A stretch of 64,000 nt of DNA from the NCBI GenBank assembly GCA_002269645.1, contig NIVC01000598.1, positions 272,010-336,009 on the forward strand, written 5' to 3'. The translations under genes were made by a program, and so were the position numbers. Each line of letters opens with the position of its first letter. The stretch's first letter is position 1. Below, one piece after another: positions 37,501 to 46,210 of the stretch. The notes under the pieces are model-generated. The model saw only the letters and a list, made by a program, of their open reading frames with translations. It had not been told where the DNA came from and did no database searches. The DNA is from Macrostomum lignano (Eukaryota).

Positions 37501-40500
37501 TATTGTCTCTCCTCTCTTGCATTGTCTCTCCTCTCTTGCATTGTCTCTCCTCTCTTGCATTGTCTCTCCTCTCTTGTATTGTCTCTCCTCTCTTGCATTG
37601 TCTCTCCTCTCTTGTATTGTCTCTCCTCTCTTGTATTGTCTCTCCTCTCTTGCATTGTCTCTCCTCTCTTGCATTGTCTCTCCTCTCTTGCATTGTCTCT
37701 CCTCTCTTGCATTGTCTCTCCTCTCTTGTATTGTCTCTCCTCTCTTGCATTGTTTCTCCTCTCTTGCATTGTCTCTCCTCTCTTGCATTGTCTCTCCTCT
37801 CTTGTATTGTCTCTCCTCTCTTGTATTGTCTCTCCTCTCTTGCATTGTCTCTCCTCTCTTGCATTGTCTCTCCTCTCTTGCATTGTCTCTCCTCTCTTGT
37901 ATTGTCTCTCCTCTCTTGTATTGTCTCTCCTCTCTTGCATTGTTTCTCCTCTCTTGCATTGTCTCTCCTCTCTTGCATTGTCTCTCCTCTCTTGTATTTT
38001 CTCTCCTCTCTGTTTTATTCTCTCCCCCACCTTGGCAGACGGCAGACCGAGATCCTTCAGCGTCTGAAAGATGATTTTTTCCGTCTTGCCGGAGGCGAAG
38101 GTCTTGCTGATTGCGCGCACCGGGATGCAGTTGTTAGCGTTCACTGAGACGCACAGCTTCATCCAGCTGCGGGTGCGGCAGGTGGGTCAGGCTTGGATTG
38201 TGTTGGTCGGCTTTGGATCGGGTGGGTTGGGCTTGGATCGGGTGGGTTGGGCTTGGATCGGGTGGGTTGGGCTTGGATCGGGTGGGTTGGGCTTGGATCG
38301 GGTGGGTTGGGCTTGGATCGGGTGGGTTGGGCTTGGATCGGGTGGGTTGGGCTTGGATCGGGTGGGTTGGGCTTGGATCGGGTGGGTTGGGCTTGGATCG
38401 GGTGGGTTGGACTTGAATCGGGTGGGTTGGGCTTGGATCGGGTGTACAGCTGCCCTGACTTTCTAATCGTCAGACATGTACACTCTCTGTGCATCGGGTG
38501 CTGCCAACCCTTATGGTTTTGAATCGCACTACACCCCGGCCAATTTTCGTGCGCAAGCCCCAAATCAATGTGCTTGCGCCCGGAATGGAACCAGGGGTCG
38601 CGGCGCGAGAGTCGGGCGCGTTTACCCCCGCTCTGCCCCCCCCCCCCCTGGGCTTGAGTGAGTGAGTGGGAAATTATTCACAAGTAAAAATTACTGATAT
38701 AACAAACGATGGGAACCGTGCGCACAAGACTGTACGAGGCTGCAGAGTTGCATTATGTACCAACACACAGGCCCATATTTACCAGCCGTGACGAAACCCC
38801 ATGCAACCATTTTCCTTTCCACTGCTGCTCTTCTTCAAATCGCTCTGGCTCGGCCTCTCAACTCTGAGACGGTAAAACAAGCGCTGAGGCAGAGAGGATC
38901 CCTCATTCCGGGAATCCCCGACCCGCGGCAGACATTAGCAAACATACTCGGGGAGAACTAAGGGGAGCTGCTGGTAAGGACCTGCACTTTAACCACGGAA
39001 TAGGACAGGTAAGGTGCTGGCTTGAAGAAAACTTCAACTGGACAAGAGAAGGAAAAGAGCAAAACGAAAAAGGAACTCCGACTCTCACTGTTTGCGCAGC
39101 TGCGTCATTGGACACACATTGCTGGCCTTTGTGTTGTGAGTCAGCGGTCTCAGGTCCTGGATCCAAGCCTGCGGGTTCAGGAAGCGATCGCTTTTGTATG
39201 CAATTGTGCCTGTGTGAGCAGATCAACTGAGGGACAGGGATGCTGCAGCCTCAAGTTTAACTGAGGGACAGGGATGCTGCAGCCTCAAGCACAACTGAGG
39301 GACAGGGATGCTGCAGCCTCAAGCACAACTGAGGGACAGGGATGCTGCAGCCTCAAGCACAACTGAGGGACAGGGATGCTGCAGCCTCAAGCACAACTGA
39401 GGGACAGGGATGCTGCAGCCTCAAGCACAACCGAGGGACAGGGATGCTGCAGCCTCAAGCACAACTGAGGGACAGGGATGCTGCAGCCTCAAGCACAACT
39501 GAGGGACAGGGATGCTGCAGCCTCAAGCACAACTGAGGGACAGGGATGCTGCAGCCTCAAGCACAACTGAGGGACAGGGATGCTGCAGCCTCAAGCACAA
39601 CTGAGGGACAGGGATGCTGCAGCCTCAAGCACAACTGAGGGACAGGGATGCTGTAGCCTCAAGCACAACTGAGGGACAGGGATGCTGCAGCCTCAAGCAC
39701 AACCGAGGGACAGGGATGCTGTAGCCTCAAGCACAACTGAGGGACAGGGATGCTGCAGCCTCAAGCACAACTGAGGGACAGGGATGCTGCAGCCTCAAGC
39801 ACAACTGAGGGACAGGGATGCTGCAGCCTCAAGCACAACTGAGGGACAGGGATGCTGTAGCCTCAAGCACAACTGAGGGACAGGGATGCTGCAGCCTCAA
39901 GCACAACTGAGGGACAGGGATGCTGCAGCCTCAAGCACAACTGAGGGACAGGGATGCTGCAGCCTCAAGCACAACCGAGGGACAGGGATGCTGTAGCCTC
40001 AAGCACAACTGAGGGACAGGGATGCTGCAGCCTCAAGCACAACTGAGGGACAGGGATGCTGCAGCCTCAAGCACAACTGAGGGACAGGGATGCTGCAGCC
40101 TCAAGCACAACCGAGGGACAGGGATGCTGTAGCCTCAAGCACAACTGAGGGACAGGGATGCTGCAGCCTCAAGCACAACTGAGGGACAGGGATGCTGCAG
40201 CCTCAAGCACAACTGAGGGACAGGGATGCTGCAGCCTCAAGCACAACTGAGGGACACGGATGCTGCAGCCTCAAGCACAACCGAGGGACAGGGATGCTGT
40301 AGCCTCAAGCACAACTGAGGGACAGGGATGCTGCAGCCTCAAGCACAACTGAGGGACAGGGATGCTGCAGCCTCAAGCACAACCGAGGGACAGGGATGCT
40401 GCAGCCTCAAGCACAACTGAGGGACAGGGATGCTGTAGCCTCAAGCACAACCGAGGGACAGGGATGCTGCAGCCTCAAGCACAACTGAGGGACAGGGATG

Positions 40501-43500
40501 CTGTAGCCTCAAGCACAACTGAGGGACAGGGATGCTGTAGCCTCAAGCACAACCGAGGGACAGGGATGCTGCAGCCTCAAGCACAACTGAGGGACAGGGA
40601 TGCTGCAGCCTCAAGCACAACTGAGGGACAGGGATGCTGCAGCCTCAAGCACAACTGAGGGACAGGGATGCTGCAGCCTCAAGCACAACTGAGGGACAGG
40701 GATGCTGCAGCCTCAAGCACGACTGAGGGACAGGATACTGCAGCATTTCTAAAACAACAAAATCAGCTCACCAAAGAAGAGCACAGGCGCTCACAAACTT
40801 ACATTTGCGGTTTTGCTGTCCTGCGCAATCATATGCGTGTACACCACGTTCACGAGGTCAGTGCCGGAGCAGATGGACACCACCCGGCCCTCGATTGGGC
40901 CGCCGCGTTCAACCAGCGCGTTGGCCAGCTTGTCTTCCTGCGGATGGGTGAATTCAACAATTCAGTCATTAAATAGTGCTGGAATCCGCTAAGCACTACT
41001 CACAAAGAGTCGGCAATAGAATACTATGGACAGGTTAGGGATCGATCGCTAAAATCATCCCAACGCACTCCGCTGTTATCTTCTAAGCTGCTCAATTTTT
41101 AAAAAAATCATCCCTACCAAAGTTGAGCCACAGGCTGCCGGGCAGAGAATAAAAAACGAGGCGAAAATCCTTAGGGATTTTTCGATTTTTCCCGCCCAAC
41201 CACACGGCCGATCAGCGTGTTGGGGTGCAAGCGGGAAAATGGGGAAGTTAATGACTGCGGAAGAGAAGAGAGGCGAGCATCCGAATTCCATGGATTCGAA
41301 CTGAATTATTCTCTTATGGAAGCTGTTCCAGCGCTGGAGCTCAAAAATGTGTAATTAGCATGCTATGCATGCTGCTCCGCTGTTACATTGAAAGTTCTCC
41401 AACTCAGCCTACATAAATATTAGCAGTCCAATGCAATAACAGCACAATGACTATTGTAGTGGGCGTTGAAAACCTTGCTGGAACTCGAAATCAAGCGATC
41501 GAAACTCTCAACCGAGTGGAAATCAAGTGATCGAAACTCTCAACCGACTGGAAATCAAGCGATCGGAACTCTCATCCTAGCGGAAATCAAGCGATCGGAA
41601 CTCTAAACTGACTGGAAATCAAGCGATCGGAACTCTCATCCGACTGGAAATCAAGCGATCGGAACTCTCAACCGACTGGAAATCAAGCGATCGGAACTTT
41701 CAACTGACTGGAAATCAAGCGATCGGAACTTTCAACTGACTGGAAATCAAGCGATCGGAACTCTCATCCGACTGGAAATCAAGCGATCGGAACTCTCAAC
41801 CGACTGAAACAGTCTCTCTCAGCTTCAGATTCACCTCCTAACCGATTCGCACTCCAGTGAGTCGCTTCGCTCTACGAGCTCCGGAGATCGGAAAATTGAC
41901 TTTGGCCTCTTCAGATGCAGCGGCAGCCAATTTACGGTTTCCCATCGGGCTTGAGACCATGACGAACAGAGAACGGAGGTTGCCAAGCCTTCACTTGCCA
42001 GCTAGGGGCTGTGCAGCTATGAGTTTTAAGCTTCAAGGAAAATCGACATTCTTGAAGAGTAAAATTTGTACTAAGTAGTAAGTCTTCAGCAGTTGGCAAT
42101 ATGAGCAAGGCCCATTGAGCATTTGACCATCTGAACTTACTCGTGCTTTGACGATTGTATATTGCCGATATGTAGCGAAAACCAGATTGTGTTACTTATC
42201 CTAGATAAAAAATGAACATTAGATAAAATCTGTAACACTATACTCGATCGAACATAGATCAGGAAAGAATGAAAAAGGGCCGTTAGAGAAGCCGCCTGGG
42301 AAGAAGAGTGAAATCTGATTTAAAGAATCCCCGATATTCCAAATCGAGCCCGTGCTTCAGCTCGTATTCTACGAGTAATCTGGGGAACAATGTGAGCGAA
42401 AGAAAGCCGCAAGGAAAGCCAGGCGGCTGCACGACCTGTCAATAGAGCGGAACTGCAGGAAATAAAGCGGCCAAGCTCATCAAATGCCAGATTTATGCGC
42501 TTCCGCTGCCCGGGCCGAGCCATTAGGTCGCCAACGAGGCTCAGCGGCACGATTAGCGGGGGCTGGCAGCGGAAGCAAAGTGAGCAGGCGCTAATTGATT
42601 GCGCTAATTGATTCTGGAATCGACCGGGCCGGCTGGGAATGCGTTGAGACAGTCGCTGGGGGAAGGGAGCGGCACCCATTGCAGCAAATTGAGTCCCTGT
42701 CTCGCCTCCCTAGCAGCCTTTCGCTATTAGCAATCAATCAACAGGTTGTTGCGGTCGCTTAGAAAGCACTTTCCTTGCTTTACAAGAGGCAGGGCAGGTA
42801 AGGACCTGCTAGACAGTGAGATATGAAACTCTTCCCAGCAAGTTTTTCTGTCTCTTGCCCTATCAGAGAGGAAATTCAGACAAAAACGAAGGAAGTACAG
42901 CGACTCGAACCAAGGTCTGCTTGCTTAAGACCAACATCTGGCTTTTGTGAGGTTTCGCAAAAAAACCGGTAGAACAGGCTAACCTATTGGCTCTCATCGC
43001 ACGGAGGCTGAGCAATAAGAATTGTGACAACAGTTCCATTTCTCTTGCCAAGCCCTCATTGCCTTCAGCAGCTCTGCTGGTGGCGCGGGCGGCTGTTGAC
43101 AATATGGGGGGGAAGGGGTGGCTCCGCACTCCAGCGCCAGAGGAAGGTCAGCGGCTGGCTGGGCAAACAGAGGCCAAATGGCTCGTCAGCGTATGCTGCT
43201 GGGCGGATGCAGAGCAGCTCTCAACGCGACTCTTCGGTGAGTGGCAAAACACTTCAGGGATTCGGCGCGCGGCTATATTAATTTGGCTGGCTGTGCCATT
43301 CACGCCTATGAGAACCAGACTCAAAGGCGCATAGCTAAACTGCCTGACGCTGAGAAAGCCGGAGCCGCTCTACACCTTGTGCGTGCGCTTCTGTGCGAGA
43401 GACTGCCCAGGGGTCAGCGAAATCGGCACGGCTTCACCTTGGTGAGCAGGGGAGGGGAGCGCGACTGTCGCCTGCATTTGCGGCAGTGCTCAGAAACTCC

Positions 43501-44301
43501 CCCTTGCGAGAACGCTAACTAAGAAGGACGATAAAAGACAACAAGCTCACCTTCGGCCGAGTCCCATTCCTGACGTCGCTGACCTGAGACAGCTCCAGCA
43601 CCTGGCCCTCCTGCGGGTGGGGACGGAGCTTTACAACTCACTGCCATTCAACAATTAGCAACGAGCTTTCAATAATCTTTACATTCCGATAACTTTTCGA
43701 CTTTTACATATTCGTGCACAGTCAAACTAAATGATAACTGCGGCATCCATCCCGCGGCAGATTCATAAAACTGCGGTATAATGGGAAAAAAGCTGCGTTG
43801 CACTTCAGCGCGACACGAGCCGCCATCGATTGTCCGCCCGGCCGAAATCGATGCCTGGCAGCCACGGCCCGCCAGCTCGCATAAGATGAAGATGGGGAGC
43901 GCTTCTTCCCTAATTTGATCCCACTGAGAAGCTCCCCTGGCAGCTCGGCTCCGGCTGAGGTTCTGAGAGCTCCGAGGGAAATACCGGAGTGAGGGGGGGG
44001 GGCTGTTCACGCCGAGTCACGACCGCGGCCTCCCGGCGGTCTGCGCCTTCCGCTCCAGCACTTGGGCATTGATTTATGCAGGAGCGCTTTGTTCTGCATG
44101 AAATTTCCTCAACGAAAGAGCGCGTCTCCTCGTTAACAACTCGATGGCTGCTGCTGCAGTCCATCGCCCGGCCTGCGACTCAGCTTTGTCTAAGACTGGC
44201 TTTGCAAGGAGAAACCTGATACTCCTAACACTGGCTACTGGCTGGCTACTCCCGGCTAGACCGATGGCTACTAAGACAGACAGACAGACAGACAGACACT
44301 A

Positions 44302-44385
<84 letters not shown>

Positions 44386-44401
44386 GGACAGACCGACACT
44401 A

Positions 44402-44432
<31 letters not shown>

Positions 44433-45171
44433 TAGACAGACAGACACTAAGACAGACAGAAGACAGACAGACACTAGGACAAACAGGCAGACACAAAGAC
44501 ACTAAGACAAACAGGCAGGCAGACAGACACTAAGACAAACAGGCAGGCAGACAGACACTAAGACAAACAGGCAGGCAGACAGACACTAAGACAAACAGGC
44601 AGACAGACAGATAGACAGACAGACACTAAGACAGACAGACACTAGGACACTAGGACAAACAGGCAGACACAAAGACACTAAGACAAACAGGCAGGCAGAC
44701 AGACACTAAGACAAACAGGCAGACAGACAGACACTAAGACAGACAGACAGACACTAAGACACTAAGACAAACAGGCAGACAGCCAGACAGACACTAAGAA
44801 GAACAGGAAGACAGACAGACAGACTAAGAAGAACAGGCAGACAGACAGACAGACTAAGAAGAACAGGCAGACAGCTCACCCCATTCTCGCTTTTCCAGTA
44901 GATGAAGAACCCGAACTCGTCCACTTTCACCTCGCAACCGAGTTCGAGTGAGCCATTGTACTGAAACGGTGTGTGGAGGCGTTGTTAACACTGGCACGAG
45001 TCACCAGGACTCATAGAGAAAACTGCTCCCAGCATCCGAGCTACAAACCTCATCATAGCGGTCAAACACCGCCCCGGTCATGAGGTGTGCCGCCACAGGC
45101 AGCCGCCAGTTGAACTCGTAGGCCTTGGCGGAGGGCACCGTCCGCTGCCGCTTGGCAATGTCCGACGTCAT
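25530..45171 (-). CDS. PLCB4: Phospholipase C-beta4/NorpA-like gene, 21 coding exons, 1231 aa
   Basis: All junctions are GT-AG and phase-consistent, totalling 3696 nt. Domains are PH, EF, X box (SSHNTYL, ELDCWDG, THG), Y box ([18 protein letters not shown]), C2 and a coiled-coil CTD. Closely follows PLCB4 sequence ([26 protein letters not shown]). Confidence 0.93.
26067..26489 (-). CDS. PLCB4: PLC-beta exon 20 (coiled-coil CTD)
   Basis: [12 protein letters not shown]...[27 protein letters not shown]...KSLDE. Confidence 0.92.
26550..27375. repeat. 30-bp minisatellite, PLC intron 19
   Basis: About 27 units of ACCGGAAATGAGGCGCCATCAATCAATCTA. Confidence 0.95.
27398..27455 (-). CDS. PLCB4: PLC-beta exon 19
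   Basis: [19 protein letters not shown]; phase 2 in, phase 0 out. Confidence 0.8.
28266..28414 (-). CDS. PLCB4: PLC-beta exon 18 (distal CTD)
   Basis: [22 protein letters not shown]...KKTNKGGGS. Confidence 0.88.
28444..28585. repeat. 41-bp repeat (about 3.5 copies), PLC intron 17
   Basis: GA(C/T)GTCACTTCTATTTTTAGAATCAAAACACAGTGAGCTGT. Confidence 0.85.
28650..28957 (-). CDS. PLCB4: PLC-beta exon 17 (poly-Asn and poly-Gly linker)
   Basis: ETSEIADVP...N8...about G27...FQKLLKKQ. Confidence 0.88.
29045..29290. repeat. 12-bp degenerate repeat, PLC intron 16
   Basis: CTGTCACTCTTG / CTGTCGCTCATA units. Confidence 0.85.
29425..29981 (-). CDS. PLCB4: PLC-beta exon 16 (C2 domain)
   Basis: [10 protein letters not shown]...[22 protein letters not shown]...AGYRHISLR...DMGI. 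Confidence 0.95.
30030..30525. repeat. 21-bp minisatellite, PLC intron 15
   Basis: GAGGCTATGAGAGAGGTGGCT units. Confidence 0.95.
31211..31387 (-). CDS. PLCB4: PLC-beta exon 15 (Y box)
   Basis: [42 protein letters not shown]...EYNGNCG. Confidence 0.95.
31475..31950. repeat. 21-bp minisatellite, PLC intron 14
   Basis: CTGTACACTTACCCTCTCTCA units. Confidence 0.95.
31984..32068 (-). CDS. PLCB4: PLC-beta exon 14
   Basis: [28 protein letters not shown]; donor GTATCC. Confidence 0.9.
32167..32308 (-). CDS. PLCB4: PLC-beta exon 13
   Basis: EVLSAEEE...[31 protein letters not shown]; weak donor GTCTCA. Confidence 0.9.
32345..32500. repeat. 35-bp repeat (about 4.5 copies), PLC intron 12
   Basis: CCCAATGCAGTCGGTCCCAATCTGGGAAAATATCC-type units. 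Confidence 0.9.
32557..32837 (-). CDS. PLCB4: PLC-beta exon 12 (X-Y linker)
   Basis: HQLELFMKG...EEDEAAKAK; acidic/Ala-Pro linker, phase-consistent. Confidence 0.88.
32985..33895. repeat. 19-bp minisatellite, PLC intron 11
   Basis: CATCCCATC(T/C)AGGCACCTT units; homogeneous at the left, diverged with higher-order blocks at the right. Confidence 0.95.
34260..34350 (-). CDS. PLCB4: PLC-beta exon 11
   Basis: [30 protein letters not shown]. Confidence 0.92.
34452..34536 (-). CDS. PLCB4: PLC-beta exon 10
   Basis: [28 protein letters not shown]. Confidence 0.92.
34615..34694 (-). CDS. PLCB4: PLC-beta exon 9
   Basis: [26 protein letters not shown]. Confidence 0.92.
35199..35503 (-). CDS. PLCB4: PLC-beta exon 8 (catalytic X box)
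   Basis: [18 protein letters not shown]...CIELDCWDG...[14 protein letters not shown]. Confidence 0.95.
36150..36575. repeat. 49-bp minisatellite, PLC intron 7
   Basis: CCTAGCCAGGCCAGCTGGCTAACCACAGCAGGGCTGGGAGGGGGCATTG, about 8.5 copies. Confidence 0.95.
36624..36894 (-). CDS. PLCB4: PLC-beta exon 7 (EF-hand region)
   Basis: [18 protein letters not shown]...[13 protein letters not shown]...[10 protein letters not shown]. Confidence 0.92.
37090..38012. repeat. 19-bp minisatellite, PLC intron 6
   Basis: (C/T)ATTGTCTCTCCTCTCTTG, about 48 copies. Confidence 0.97.
38031..38166 (-). CDS. PLCB4: PLC-beta exon 6
   Basis: WMKLCVSVN...[24 protein letters not shown]. Confidence 0.92.
38190..38445. 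repeat. 20-bp G-rich minisatellite, PLC intron 5
   Basis: GGCTTGGATCGGGTGGGTTG, about 12 copies. Confidence 0.97.
39089..39168 (-). CDS. PLCB4: PLC-beta exon 5
   Basis: [27 protein letters not shown]. Confidence 0.9.
39225..40742. repeat. 34-bp minisatellite, PLC intron 4
   Basis: AACTGAGGGACAGGGATGCTGCAGCCTCAAGCAC, about 44 copies. Confidence 0.97.
40803..40937 (-). CDS. PLCB4: PLC-beta exon 4
   Basis: EDKLANAL...[15 protein letters not shown]...SKTAN. Confidence 0.9.
41490..41810. repeat. 32-bp minisatellite, PLC intron 3
   Basis: GGAAATCAAGCGATCGGAACTCTCAACCGACT, about 10 copies. Confidence 0.95.
43551..43610 (-). CDS. PLCB4: PLC-beta exon 3
   Basis: [20 protein letters not shown]. 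Confidence 0.9.
44270..44875. repeat. Compound (GACA)n microsatellite, PLC intron 2
   Basis: GACA runs interspersed with CACTAAGACAAACAGGCA units, ending directly at the exon 2 donor. Confidence 0.95.
44880..44960 (-). CDS. PLCB4: PLC-beta exon 2
   Basis: [27 protein letters not shown]. Confidence 0.9.
45049..45171 (-). CDS. PLCB4: PLC-beta exon 1
   Basis: MTSDIAK...KAYEFNW...GAVFDRYDE; in-frame TGA upstream; donor GAG|GTTTGT. Confidence 0.85.
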
Positions 45172-45789
45172 CGCTGACTCGGCGGCTCGCTGAGTTGCTA
45201 CTGCGGTGGCTGCGGCTGCTCAGGCGAGTGGCGGGCGCGGGCTGAAAGATGCAAATTGAGCTCTATCAGCTCCAGGAGCAGCGGCGAACTGCTTTGCTGG
45301 AACAGAAGTCCTCCTACAACTTCTCTCTCCCCCTTGTCCCTCTGCTTTGCCTCCCCAAGGGCCCGGTTGGTCAGCCTAGAGGGCCAATGAAGGCCTTGCC
45401 AGAGACCAGCCTGCCTTCGCGCCAGGGGACTACGCCCTGATGCCCTGATAAAGATCGCATTGGCAGGGAGCTGCTGTACCGGGTATTTGGATGCTGCCAT
45501 GCAGGTGGCGACTTAAAAAACATAAGCAGAGAAAGAAATTATTGGGCATGCAGAATGGAATGCTTGACGGCGCAATTTCGGACGCAATTTTTCTTATGGC
45601 GCAAATATTGCAAAATAGGGGTGTAAAACTTGAAGCAAAATATTGAAACATGAAGTTTTCGCACAGTTCCTGTAGTGCATAGTAAACTAGATCTGCCTTG
45701 CTGTCTACTGCTTCAGTGGGGTGTTAACGTGTTAAAATCCTGTCCTGTGATGGCGCCAATGTTTCAACCATGGCGCGCCTGCTTTGTGA

Positions 45790-46210
45790 CGGCGCCTCTA
45801 TCTTAACTATGGCGCCTCTGTCTTAACTATGGCGCCTCTATCTTAACTATGGCGCCTCTATCTTAACTATGGCGCCTCTGTCTTAACTATGGCGCCTCTA
45901 TCTTAACTATGGCGCCTCTATCTTAACTATGGCCCCTCTGTCTTAACTATGGCGCCTCTATCCTAACTATGGCGCCTCTATCTTAACTATGGCGCCTCTA
46001 TCTTAACTATGGCGCCTCTATCTTAACTATGGCGCCTCTATCTTAACTATGGCGCCTCTGTCTTAACTATGGCGCCTCTGTCTTAACTATGGCGCCTCTA
46101 TCTTAACTATGGCGCCTCTATCTTAACTATGGCGCCTCTGTCTTAACTATGGCGCCTTTATCCTAACTATGGCGCCTCTATCCTAACTATGGCGCCTCTA
46201 TCTGAACTTT
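45790..46210. repeat. 20-bp minisatellite upstream of the PLC start codon
   Basis: TATGGCGCCTCT(A/G)TCTTAAC, about 21 copies. Confidence 0.95.

Noticed and set aside
37026-38162. Long ORFs (289-378 aa) on both strands
   Set aside because: They are translations of the stop-poor 19-bp array; only 38031-38166 is real PLC exon.
36150-41810. 34-, 49- and 32-bp repeats with palindromic cores (GCTGCAGC, CCAGCTGG, CGATCG) looked like possible CRISPR repeats
   Set aside because: Units are head-to-tail with no unique spacers, there are no cas genes, and they lie in eukaryotic introns.
45198-45500. 100-aa ORF just upstream of the PLC start, and an opposite-strand 63-aa ORF at 45249-45440
   Set aside because: A strong acceptor (TCTTTCAG at about 45242) suggests most of it is intron or outron, and there is no homology cue.
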